Below are positions 21,550 to 31,427 of a stretch of DNA of 64,000 nucleotides, piece after piece; the first letter of the stretch is position 1; each line of letters opens with the position of its first letter. Below the pieces are notes generated by a model. The model was given only the letters and a program-made list of their open reading frames with translations, did not search any database and was not told the DNA's origin. A program made the position numbers and the translations under genes. The DNA is from Leucothrix mucor DSM 2157. Lineage in GTDB: Bacteria; Pseudomonadota; Gammaproteobacteria; Thiotrichales; Thiotrichaceae. The stretch covers positions 2,028,655 to 2,092,654 of the forward strand of contig NZ_ATTE01000001.1 of the NCBI RefSeq assembly GCF_000419525.1, read 5' to 3'.

Positions 21550-24500
21550 CTAATTAACAACCGTCAGGTACGTTGGCCATTGACCACTGTTAACCATTAA
21601 AGCCGTATCAAATACTCTTTGCATCTTCTCTTCCTGAGCATCTGCAGTGGCCGAAAAGTTAAAAAGCTGCTGCTGTTTAGTCTGCACTTTAGGATTCCAG
21701 TACCCCATTCCTTGGTCAAATAACAATGTACTTTTTCTTCCAGATGCCCACTCAATTTCCATGCTCCTGCCATGTTGTAAGTCGTAAGTCTTATCGAACA
21801 ACTGAACAGTAGGAGTTATTCCGAAGGCACCGGAGAACAACATCTCTATGCAATTGGTCAGATCACTATCTCTTATCCAGTCGTGCTTTATTTCACGACT
21901 CGGATATGCCGCATTCACCTTAGGTCTTAAGGTTCTAATCTCGACACTCTCCAACTCATCACCACTTAGAAGCTCAATAAATCCACTCAATAAAACAGCT
22001 GACCACGGTGACTTAAGGTATCGATCAGAGTAAACAATTGAACGCACCTGATCAGTCTTCAATAAATCAGAAAACTCTTTTGCATAAGACTCAAATAGCT
22101 TGGAAATTCGATCACTTACGCTACTGACAGGGCCGTTTAGTTCCTCAGTAATCACCATGACCGATGTACCAGATGCAGGCTTAATCCATAGAGAAGTATC
22201 AACAGGGTTAACTGCGATAGGTTCTAACTCATTTGAAGTTGCCCAAGTATCTGTCTTAGAAGATTGGAGCCAAGTGTCACCGGGTATCAAAGGCTCAGGG
22301 TTGCTACAGAAAAGCGTATGACACCCCTCCTCAGAAAAGACCTGCAGAATCAAGTTGGCATCACTACTGTGTATTGCTTTATCAAGCTCTACTATACGCA
22401 CCCCAAGCTCAGAAATTCGAGACAGATCCCTTTGAATCTCAGCTTCGAAGGCACTTGCTGATTCGATACATAGCTCTACACTTACTTTATCAACCAACTG
22501 CCAACGTAATACCTGATCTCTAAACCCAGCAAAACCTAAGTCCCATTGACTAATGTCGTTACTGAGTAAAAGACGAATCGTGACTTCAGAAGATTTACTT
22601 TTTAACGTATTAATAGATCTTCTGATGTACTGGTTGGCACCTCTGGAGCAATATGTAGCACCGGGAATATCTTTAAGGGCGTCCGGTAAAGATAAGAATG
22701 ACAGATAATCACTTTCTTCTAGCCACTGCTTTGCAGCTTTTCTGTCTAACTCTTCTTGCTCAACTCTACTGTCTTGTGATGCTAAGCAGGCAGAACACAC
22801 ATTGTCACAATCAGCTATACAATTTAGCTTTTCCTTTACTGATCCGATGAGACCGACCAAATCATCAAGACCTGCTAATACAAAACCAGCTCCACCGCTA
22901 GCCTGATCGAACACCTGAATAACTGAGCGTTTAGAGCCCGTTTCAAGATCTCGATTTACTCTATAACTGAACCCCATTTCAGAACTAGAGATCCCCAAAC
23001 GATCGGCTAGTGCATCACGAAGTGCTACCGCTATAGTTGTAGCAACAACCTTATCTTCAGCAGAATCACTCAGCCACTGCCCAGTTTTTGGATTCTTTAA
23101 ATATAGCTCTAAAACATCTGTCGTGATTTGGTAGCCAAGGTATATATTTGGTTTGACTGCCTCACCGGAACAGCTTTGTTCCTTATCACTGCTAACGCTC
23201 CCTCCGCCTATGGGCTTATGCATTTCATCAGGTTGCAAGGCTTTAGGCACATTACCTTCATTCGTCATTGACTCTGCTCGTCCACAACTCATGCATACCG
23301 CATAGCCTTTTTCGTGCTCTCCAGATGAATTATAAAAAACGCGACCGTCATTCCCATATTGAACATGACCGCAGCGAGCATCAGGCAGCGAAATTGACTC
23401 ACCAATTAATTGAATAAGTGGCTTCTCTACGCGAATAAATTTTTGTGATGAAATGTCATTGCCCGGAGAGTCATAAAAATCAGTCTGGAAACCTGCTGGA
23501 CGTAAGACCTGCTTTTGGTTTTTCGAAGAAATTTCAGTATCACAACCATCGCAAGTCAGGTTTTCACTATTGCTGTAAGCATTTTCTTTTAAGCCACTAG
23601 CCCCACAATTAGTACAACGCCAAGCAATATCAAACTTCTGAGCTTCATTGATTGCGCCTCCTGCATGCCATTGTAAACTAACACCAACTGAGCGATACAC
23701 TTTCCCATCAATAACGACTTGCGCACCAGGGGCATACTCCCTAATTGCAACATCTAACCCCCGCGAAGGCAGCTCTTTCCACTTTCCAGTATTATCCTCC
23801 CGTCCTTCATTTTCTTTCTGTTTTTGTTTTTGAATAAAGTCATCCATATTATAGGTATTCAGCGTAACAACATCTGTTGGAAAACCATAAACTGGAAGGA
23901 ATGTACGAACAGAAAGGTCTCGTAAAAGGTATTCACCCCCGTGCCTCGTAAGCTCTAAGGATAATGCCCTTTTATAAGCATTCTCCTTAGCATTCCCAAT
24001 GAGGAGGTTTAACTTATCAAAATCAGTTTTCCATCTGGTTTGAATACCCCCAATCAGGTCAGATGCATCAACAAAAAGCTCCTCTAAAGAACGCCCTGAG
24101 ATACCGGTGCCTGCTGTTAACTTAGCGACTGCAGAAGCGACCTCTCCTGAGTGTGAGGCTGATTCCAGCCAGTCTCTAAACCTCTGACATGGAGAGTTTT
24201 CCCCGCTATAAAACCAGCTCACTGTAAGTTTTATATAATCATCACTAGGCTCAATAAAGGTTCGAAGAAAGTATGAGAGTAAATATGAATTCACATGTCT
24301 TAATACAATCTTATCCGAGCTTAACGTAATACTGGGTGCAGGAATTTTTGTGACAAATGGCCATACCGGGTCATTGAAAGCCCGTCTATTATGTGGGTCC
24401 GCTTTGCATAAAGTGTATGCAATAGCCCTAGACTCGCTTCTTCGCCCGGCACGACCCGCTCGCTGTAAATAGTTTGCCGGATGAGGTGGAACATTATTCA

Positions 24501-27500
24501 TTACAACAGCTGATATGCCGCCAATATCTACCCCCATCTCCATAGTCGTTGAGCAGTTCAGAACATTAATTTTTCCTCGCTTAAATAGCTCTTCATATTC
24601 CTCCAGACGCTCTGAGGTTTGCTGTGCGGAGTGTTCTGCTGTTCTATAGTAAAATCCCCCCTCAACTGTTCTATCGCTAAGATCTGTCCACAGACTCTCG
24701 CTCCTTAGCTCATCAACCTCCTGATCTTGACTAACAAGTTCTCGGATTTGAACTAACTTTGGTACAGCACTGCTATTAGGTCTAAATTTAGACAGGTCGG
24801 GCAACTTTACTTTCTTACATCGGTAGTCGACATCAGTAAGGATTTTTCGTGGTAGATAAGGTGTTAAACCTCTGAAAGTAGTATCAATCAGGCGATTTGT
24901 TTCACTACAGACCCAAGCTTCTCTAGGTAATGAAAAGGTAATTTTATCCAATAGCAGTTGATAACCCTTATCAGTTCTCACCAAAATATTTACATTATCG
25001 CTAGTCAGAGCCTCCCAAGCAGACTTTAACCATAAATTCAGCTTGTTTTGGTCTTCCCTATTTGTCATGTCAAGGTTGCAACCAGTAGCTAAGAGCTTGA
25101 TTAATCTAGATGCACTATTCCCCTTAGCCTGAGGCCACATCTTTATTGTATTGCTCTCATCTGTATTTGATTCTGGCGGAAACAAGGATTTTGGTGAAAA
25201 CTTTGAGCCCATCCAGAACCTGATGGTGTTCTCAAGTTTCAAATAAGTATTTTCACGAACAAAGAAGTCTAATGTCACTTTAAGAAAATCTTTCCAGTCA
25301 CTTAGGCTTAACCGTCCTTCTAAACTAACATCTCCTTGTATTGGAGATATCGCTCTCGTTTGCTCCCAGTACTGAGGAGCATGAGATACATTCGATAAAC
25401 CCTCATAATTAACCTTAATAATTCCCAATGTCTCGGTGCTGTTCTGGTTTTTAGGTCGTCGCGCATACTCTCTTGCCAATAAAAGGCGGGCAATGTATCG
25501 ACCAGTATTATCCTCTGACAGAATCTTCCGGTTAATTGATATATTGTAATCAAGAATATATTGACTAACATCGGTACAACCGGAAAGCTCGCTTACCATA
25601 TCTTGCCAGTTCATTTCTGCAGCTTCTGGTCGTGAATCACTATCAATTAGCGCCTCAGCCTGCTTTCTAAAAACTGCAGCACGATCAGACATTCCTTTTA
25701 ACTCAAAGGTTTCAGCAAATGTTATCAAATCATCATAAGAAAACTCCCCCATGGGGGAGTTTGTGATCTTTGAGTCAACATTTTTTTGATTCTCTGCCAA
25801 GATCTCAAATACCAATCCTCTTAACCTTGACCGCTCAGCTTCCTGCTGCATTCTTACCGCCATTCTTGCCGTGCCTTGGCGACTATCGGTAAAGGTAATA
25901 AGTTTGCGTCCACGCCCAGGAAGTTCTTCAGGTGACTTTCCAGCACAATCCTCTTTATCTGGATCTGGGCAATATTCTAAGACCGTAGGAACCGCATTCG
26001 CAGTGTAAAAAGGAGATCCTAAGTATAATTGACGATACCAAGAACCAAACTTGGAGGACTTTGCGTCACAGCGGCTACATATAGACTCTGAATGATTAAT
26101 ATGGGAAAAGCTGATTGAAGAGTTACTCTGATTAAGTACACCAAACTTAAGGCTCTCAGTATCCAATGAGCTTTTGCCATACGATTCATTTTTACAGTTA
26201 ATTCCCGCAATGACTTTTTTCGTATCATTTGGTTGAATATCTGGAGCTGAGTCTGAACTACCTTCAAAATCCTCACTATCTGATTCAGAATTTAGTGAAA
26301 ACTCATCCTCAACATAAGTGCTGATTTGCTGAAGCTCTCCTCCCTTATCTTCGGCAAGTAAATGAGGCTCCTTACATCCCTTACAAAACGTTAGTTCGTA
26401 AACAGGTGACCCACATGAACAACGTGACTTATGAGCAGTGTAAATATTTCCAAACGACCACTTTCCTAAACTCTCTGGTTTGGCTGTACATTTGGGGTCA
26501 ATGCAAGCCCACAGACCATGTAACATCTGCTGAAAAAGATGAATCCGAAGCTTAAGAAAAGGTGCTGACTCGATACTAGGCTTTGTGCCTGTCATTAAAT
26601 CTAACCACCCAAGAAGCTCCTGCTGCTTCTCTGTAAGAGATTGTCCCTCCAACCTATCACCGAACTCATTTACCAGTTCAGACAAATCAAGTGGACGATT
26701 TTGTTTCACAGCACCATTTAAACTACCCTTAAGAATGTATGTTCTCAGGTCGTGAGACAGCCTGTTATTAATTAAAGCCGTGAACCTACTTTCTGAAACT
26801 TCAGAGCCGAGCTCTATCTGTGATATTTCATCAAAGCTTAAGTTAGATAACTTTTCAGGAAGCGAGATTTCATCCCAAATTCTCCTTCCACCAATAACAA
26901 CAACTTGATTTGTAGAAACCCCTGCCAAGTCTGCTAAGTACTGTGTCAACTGTTCCTTAGCATCCTCACCTGCGATAGTTGCAGAAGTGGCGACAAAACG
27001 AATATCTTTCGCGTCTCTGCCAAATGCCTCAACAACCCTACGTAGCAGTAATGAGATCTCAGCAGCTTGGGACCCAACATAGGTATGTGCTTCATCCAGA
27101 ACAATCCAGCGCAGAGATTTGGCTTCTTTTGAAATACTAAGGATTGGGCTATCTACTTGCCTCACCAACATGTATTCCAGCATGGTAGCGTTTGTCATTA
27201 AAATGGGGGCTGGTTCTTTTCTTAATAGCTCGCGAGAAAGAATCTGATTAGGCTTTTTCTTTTGCTCTTTTCTAACACGGTCTGACCTCTCCTCTGTTTT
27301 ACCGTTGTATAAGCAAAAACGTAGGTCGCTACCATAGGATTTAGTCCAGGCATCGAGCCTTTCCTGCTGAGAATTGATCAGTGCATTCAAAGGATAAAGA
27401 AATAGTGCTCTCACTCCGACCAGAGCACCCTTTTGATTAGCTCTTTCCTGAATTAAATCCTCAAGTATGGGAATCATGAAACACTCGGTCTTACCTGACC

Positions 27501-27867
27501 CCGTTCCACTTGTAATGACTGCTGACTTAGGCTGCTTATCTAACAGTGTTTCCCAAGCCTGAATTTGATGCTTGTAAGGCTTTAGACTTCTTGGAAAATC
27601 ATAGGCATCAGCTTTCTCCAAATTATCAAGCAAGCTTCTTGATAAAAGCGTTCCTTCTAAACTTGCCAATGATATTGCTGACGGCTCCCAGCCAAAAGTG
27701 TGCTCAAAAACGGGGGCTGCCAGAAAGCACCCATCAGAACCCAGCTCATCATTCATCTGGCTTGCAAGGTGCTGCCTGAGCTCTGCATTATTGATACCTA
27801 AAATACTTAATGTAGCCTCTCTGGTGCGACTGAGGCTTTGGTTAATTAAGTCCTTGAAGAAGTACAT
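21550..27867 (-). CDS. Very large SF2 DEAD/DEAH helicase with DUF1998-like Cys4 zinc-ribbon domain and unknown C-terminal region. DruE-like; candidate Druantia type III helicase.
   Basis: 2105 aa. Q-motif PYKHQIQAW, Walker A TSGTGSGKTE, DEAH box VLDEAHTY, motif III TSAT, motif VI QRAGRAGRR. Cys clusters CTNCG...CDGC and CMSCG resemble DUF1998/MrfA-like. About 40% GC versus about 48% in the flanks. Confidence 0.65.
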   Translation of the reverse strand: MYFFKDLINQSLSRTREATLSILGINNAELRQHLASQMNDELGSDGCFLAAPVFEHTFGWEPSAISLASLEGTLLSRSLLDNLEKADAYDFPRSLKPYKHQIQAWETLLDKQPKSAVITSGTGSGKTECFMIPILEDLIQERANQKGALVGVRALFLYPLNALINSQQERLDAWTKSYGSDLRFCLYNGKTEERSDRVRKEQKKKPNQILSRELLRKEPAPILMTNATMLEYMLVRQVDSPILSISKEAKSLRWIVLDEAHTYVGSQAAEISLLLRRVVEAFGRDAKDIRFVATSATIAGEDAKEQLTQYLADLAGVSTNQVVVIGGRRIWDEISLPEKLSNLSFDEISQIELGSEVSESRFTALINNRLSHDLRTYILKGSLNGAVKQNRPLDLSELVNEFGDRLEGQSLTEKQQELLGWLDLMTGTKPSIESAPFLKLRIHLFQQMLHGLWACIDPKCTAKPESLGKWSFGNIYTAHKSRCSCGSPVYELTFCKGCKEPHLLAEDKGGELQQISTYVEDEFSLNSESDSEDFEGSSDSAPDIQPNDTKKVIAGINCKNESYGKSSLDTESLKFGVLNQSNSSISFSHINHSESICSRCDAKSSKFGSWYRQLYLGSPFYTANAVPTVLEYCPDPDKEDCAGKSPEELPGRGRKLITFTDSRQGTARMAVRMQQEAERSRLRGLVFEILAENQKNVDSKITNSPMGEFSYDDLITFAETFELKGMSDRAAVFRKQAEALIDSDSRPEAAEMNWQDMVSELSGCTDVSQYILDYNISINRKILSEDNTGRYIARLLLAREYARRPKNQNSTETLGIIKVNYEGLSNVSHAPQYWEQTRAISPIQGDVSLEGRLSLSDWKDFLKVTLDFFVRENTYLKLENTIRFWMGSKFSPKSLFPPESNTDESNTIKMWPQAKGNSASRLIKLLATGCNLDMTNREDQNKLNLWLKSAWEALTSDNVNILVRTDKGYQLLLDKITFSLPREAWVCSETNRLIDTTFRGLTPYLPRKILTDVDYRCKKVKLPDLSKFRPNSSAVPKLVQIRELVSQDQEVDELRSESLWTDLSDRTVEGGFYYRTAEHSAQQTSERLEEYEELFKRGKINVLNCSTTMEMGVDIGGISAVVMNNVPPHPANYLQRAGRAGRRSESRAIAYTLCKADPHNRRAFNDPVWPFVTKIPAPSITLSSDKIVLRHVNSYLLSYFLRTFIEPSDDYIKLTVSWFYSGENSPCQRFRDWLESASHSGEVASAVAKLTAGTGISGRSLEELFVDASDLIGGIQTRWKTDFDKLNLLIGNAKENAYKRALSLELTRHGGEYLLRDLSVRTFLPVYGFPTDVVTLNTYNMDDFIQKQKQKENEGREDNTGKWKELPSRGLDVAIREYAPGAQVVIDGKVYRSVGVSLQWHAGGAINEAQKFDIAWRCTNCGASGLKENAYSNSENLTCDGCDTEISSKNQKQVLRPAGFQTDFYDSPGNDISSQKFIRVEKPLIQLIGESISLPDARCGHVQYGNDGRVFYNSSGEHEKGYAVCMSCGRAESMTNEGNVPKALQPDEMHKPIGGGSVSSDKEQSCSGEAVKPNIYLGYQITTDVLELYLKNPKTGQWLSDSAEDKVVATTIAVALRDALADRLGISSSEMGFSYRVNRDLETGSKRSVIQVFDQASGGAGFVLAGLDDLVGLIGSVKEKLNCIADCDNVCSACLASQDSRVEQEELDRKAAKQWLEESDYLSFLSLPDALKDIPGATYCSRGANQYIRRSINTLKSKSSEVTIRLLLSNDISQWDLGFAGFRDQVLRWQLVDKVSVELCIESASAFEAEIQRDLSRISELGVRIVELDKAIHSSDANLILQVFSEEGCHTLFCSNPEPLIPGDTWLQSSKTDTWATSNELEPIAVNPVDTSLWIKPASGTSVMVITEELNGPVSSVSDRISKLFESYAKEFSDLLKTDQVRSIVYSDRYLKSPWSAVLLSGFIELLSGDELESVEIRTLRPKVNAAYPSREIKHDWIRDSDLTNCIEMLFSGAFGITPTVQLFDKTYDLQHGRSMEIEWASGRKSTLLFDQGMGYWNPKVQTKQQQLFNFSATADAQEEKMQRVFDTALMVNSGQWPTYLTVVN

Positions 27868-27873
27868 AAGCGA

Positions 27874-30800
27874 TTAATCCTTATCGTTTTTATTAAGTAA
27901 ATATGAGGTAACAAGTGCATGAGCTGGCCGATACCAAGAGGTCCTATCAAAGTCTGATATTTTTCTGACAAAGAACTTTAGCTCGGCCATCGTTGAGTTC
28001 ATTTTTAAGTCAGCAATACTAGATTTTCCTGAGGTTACATAAGCCATAAATATAGGCAGGTAAACCACTGAATCTTCATATTTTTCAAGAGGCAGTGCCT
28101 TAATTTTCTTTGAAAAATCTTGCTGTTCAACCCACGCTGAAAGTTCACCATTCAAATACTTTGGCCAAAGAGTGTTTTGATAGCTTTCATGAAGAGTGTC
28201 CCTCCACATAGGCAATATCAAGTCAGGTGGCAGACTTGTAAGCACCTCATTATTGCCACTGCTAAGGTAGTGTTCCACGCTCTCAAAGCCAGAAACGATG
28301 TTCGAAAGAACGGCTTTTCTGTTATCAACCATGTCATTAATAACAAATTCTGGAAGCCCCATTCCCCTCAGCCAACGATCATAATTTTTATAGGCTTGGC
28401 TCCAAATAGGTAAAGAAATACTTTCCCAGATTATCGACAACTCATCACGCATCCGGTCACTAAATAACTCATCAACCTCAAGGCGTAAAATCGATACTGC
28501 TAAGGTTAGTGGATTGCGTGAAAGTGAAAGCCAACTCTCAAAGGTAGACAGTGGTAGGTGATCAAATTTTCTTTTAATATCATCTAAATATTGCCACCCA
28601 CTGTGATCAAGATCACTTCCCATTTCGGCAATTTGGTCATCTATTACATGTGGATTATTCTGAGGGTGATAAAGCCGCGCAGCCTCATGTAAGGAGTGAA
28701 TTTTAGATCCGGAAGAATAGGTATTCGAAGCCGGTTGGCCGACTAGCAGATATGGCCTGAACTTGACTCTAGACTCTGCTTCTGGATAGAGCAACCAAGG
28801 CCCATCTCTATACATGGAGTCATCTGTGACAAATCGGCCAGTACCCACTCCCTGACTTGTTAGTTCACGCAATTCAATGGGGGTTTGCTTGGGATCAGAA
28901 AGGAGCATTGCGGAGACATTTACTCCACTAGCCACTCTACCAGTCGTGAAGTCAGATGCAGTGAAAACCTCTGTGCTATCTTTTGCGATAGACCCGTTAT
29001 ATCTTTTAATATTGACTGTCATTAAGCGACGCTGAGGGCTTTCAACCGTTAGCTTGACATAGGCATCCTGACTTTCCATCGCAGCCAATATCTGTCGTAA
29101 ATCATTTTGATACGCAAACAAATTAACAGAAAGCGGAACATCACCCGATTTGAACAACCGGTAATCAAGATAAACGTTAGTGCTGAAGTTCTTATCCTGC
29201 AACTCCATTCTCAGATGAAAGGACTGTGTTTCACCTACAGAAAATAGCAATATACTCAAGCCAATCAGATCTTCTGGGATCAAACTTTCGGACGTCAATA
29301 TATTGTTACTGGAGTCCAATAATCGCGCTCCCTCATAAGGAAAAGGTAAGCGTAGTATTACTGGCTCAAGAAATTCACCACCTTTAACACTTAATTGAAG
29401 ATTAGAGGGTGGTACTGCGTCTCGATAAGAAAGTGAAATAACCGATCGCCCCTCAATAATCTCTAAGCGGGAGCTGATATTTTCACCCATGACGCCAAAC
29501 TTACACTCACCTCCCCCCATAATTTCAAGGCGAGCTGGGCGAGTAGCATCACCGGCAAACAAACGGACTTTAAAGCTTTCAGGTAGTACACCGAATTTTC
29601 TCCTGAATAGAATTTCACCAGAGCTATTTTTAAGCGTGTAATTAAAGACCCCACCTATCTCACGCCGGCTTTTAGCAACTAACTCTCCATTAATATACTC
29701 ATAAACAGAACCTTCATTGCTCTTTTGGCACAGCTTTGGCCATCCCAGATAGACAGCGTTAGGGAGGGAATCAAAATCAAGCAGCTTTCCATCCAATGCA
29801 AACGTTTGAGTTACAGAAGGATGATTCAAACGAACTCTAAACTTATCACTTCCCAGAAAGATTGATGTCTCCTGGCTAAGCAAAACCCAGCGAACACCAT
29901 CAGTTTGTATATGCTTTATTTCTACACTTTCCGCTGGAGTAAAGTCAGCATTAGGTGGAAGCCGCACTAAAACTGCTGGTTGCCTCAAGGAACAACTCGC
30001 ATTTGCAAGCAGTTCCTGATCACCACTTACCTCAAAAATGACCGGTGCAGTTTCAAAGTCAATAGAGCTGGCATCAAACTGAGTTTGATAAATGGCAACA
30101 CCGTTATCCATCAAAGCCAAAGAAAGTGACTCACTACAGTCTCTTCTTTTTAACACTACTGGTGCTCTCGGTAGCCGTACTTTCAGCTCAGTACCATTTT
30201 GTACTTCACCATAGACAATGCTACCCCGAGCAATAAGCACACTGCCCTCATAGAATGCCATTTCAAGACGAGTACTGCTTAGAGCCGAAATATCAACCGG
30301 AAAGGTTACCGCAATAGGCGTAATGAGTTGTGCCTGTAAATCCCAGTGACCTTCAACTTGTCCAGCAATACTGTGCGTACACCTGAAATCATTCGGTGTC
30401 TTTTTAATGATTTCATTTTCTGCCTGACGCTTACTTGCATCACGCAACCAGTCCGTAATCAGGTTTTTAGCATTAGCTTCATTAAGTGGTAGAGGAAAAT
30501 CTTTTTTCCAGCGGGGCTCAGCTTTATCTAAAAATTCAACCGGATCTATTTCTTGCTTCAAGCTGGGATACTTTCCTGCGAGATGCATCAGCTGTTCAAT
30601 CACACCTGCAAGCAATTGTCGGGTTTCAAGGTTGTGAAAGGTATAAGGCAAGTCTTGCTCATAACTGGCAATCATGTCACTCGTCGTGCCTAAACTGGCT
30701 TTATTGCTATGGTAATTCTTCAAACCCTTTCTGATTACACGCCCAAAGCCGTGTGTTTCGCTTTTTATCAGCGGCCAAGGCAGCCCGCCCTCCAGAAATA

Positions 30801-31176
30801 ATGAGCCAATAAAATTCCGACCTTTTTCTGTACGACGTATTGGCCTTTTCCAAAAGCTTTCTAAGCCATAACTTATGAGTTCACTTCTTAGACCTTGCTT
30901 AAAATCACAACCTAATGACTTATCTGCCCACTCCCACGACCAGCTACCCTCTTCTGCTCCGTAGTCGCGCCGAAACCTTTCTGCTACAAATAAACAATAG
31001 AGCTCAGCCCAATGCTTACCTTTGATCGGGTCTGTAGCGAATCTAATATTGGCGATTAACTTATTTTTCAGGCTTTGAAATTCCTCAAATGTTACGTGAT
31101 AACTATACAAAGGCTTACCAGTTGGCCCAGCAAAACATTCACGAATAAAGAGAAACTCACTCAACCAAGCCTTCAT
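27874..31176 (-). CDS. Large protein of unknown function upstream of the helicase. DruH-like; candidate Druantia type III partner.
   Basis: 1100 aa with no recognisable motif. Its stop is 6 nt before the helicase start. Size and order (unknown ~1000-aa protein then DUF1998 helicase) match the type III Druantia architecture. Low GC. Confidence 0.45.
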   Translation of the reverse strand: MKAWLSEFLFIRECFAGPTGKPLYSYHVTFEEFQSLKNKLIANIRFATDPIKGKHWAELYCLFVAERFRRDYGAEEGSWSWEWADKSLGCDFKQGLRSELISYGLESFWKRPIRRTEKGRNFIGSLFLEGGLPWPLIKSETHGFGRVIRKGLKNYHSNKASLGTTSDMIASYEQDLPYTFHNLETRQLLAGVIEQLMHLAGKYPSLKQEIDPVEFLDKAEPRWKKDFPLPLNEANAKNLITDWLRDASKRQAENEIIKKTPNDFRCTHSIAGQVEGHWDLQAQLITPIAVTFPVDISALSSTRLEMAFYEGSVLIARGSIVYGEVQNGTELKVRLPRAPVVLKRRDCSESLSLALMDNGVAIYQTQFDASSIDFETAPVIFEVSGDQELLANASCSLRQPAVLVRLPPNADFTPAESVEIKHIQTDGVRWVLLSQETSIFLGSDKFRVRLNHPSVTQTFALDGKLLDFDSLPNAVYLGWPKLCQKSNEGSVYEYINGELVAKSRREIGGVFNYTLKNSSGEILFRRKFGVLPESFKVRLFAGDATRPARLEIMGGGECKFGVMGENISSRLEIIEGRSVISLSYRDAVPPSNLQLSVKGGEFLEPVILRLPFPYEGARLLDSSNNILTSESLIPEDLIGLSILLFSVGETQSFHLRMELQDKNFSTNVYLDYRLFKSGDVPLSVNLFAYQNDLRQILAAMESQDAYVKLTVESPQRRLMTVNIKRYNGSIAKDSTEVFTASDFTTGRVASGVNVSAMLLSDPKQTPIELRELTSQGVGTGRFVTDDSMYRDGPWLLYPEAESRVKFRPYLLVGQPASNTYSSGSKIHSLHEAARLYHPQNNPHVIDDQIAEMGSDLDHSGWQYLDDIKRKFDHLPLSTFESWLSLSRNPLTLAVSILRLEVDELFSDRMRDELSIIWESISLPIWSQAYKNYDRWLRGMGLPEFVINDMVDNRKAVLSNIVSGFESVEHYLSSGNNEVLTSLPPDLILPMWRDTLHESYQNTLWPKYLNGELSAWVEQQDFSKKIKALPLEKYEDSVVYLPIFMAYVTSGKSSIADLKMNSTMAELKFFVRKISDFDRTSWYRPAHALVTSYLLNKNDKD

Positions 31177-31427
31177 AAACTAGATCCTCGGCTTATTTTC
31201 AAGCCAACTGTTTTCATATAACAGCAACAATAAGACGCCAAAAACTACTAATATTTGCCGCTTCTAATAAATTATCAACAATAGAACATACCCCTTTCAA
31301 AAAAAATAATAAACAATGAGTTAAGGACATAAAATTTAATATGTAATCAAACAAATAAGTGGTACCTCTTATGAGCTCTAAGATTTGATCTCTTAAAGAG
31401 TAAGAAATACCACCTATAATGGCTCTA

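Noticed and set aside
22100-26276. Small plus-strand ORFs (61-85 aa) inside the helicase gene
   Set aside because: They are antisense to a continuous 2105-aa motif-supported CDS. The AT-rich antisense strand commonly yields such ORFs.
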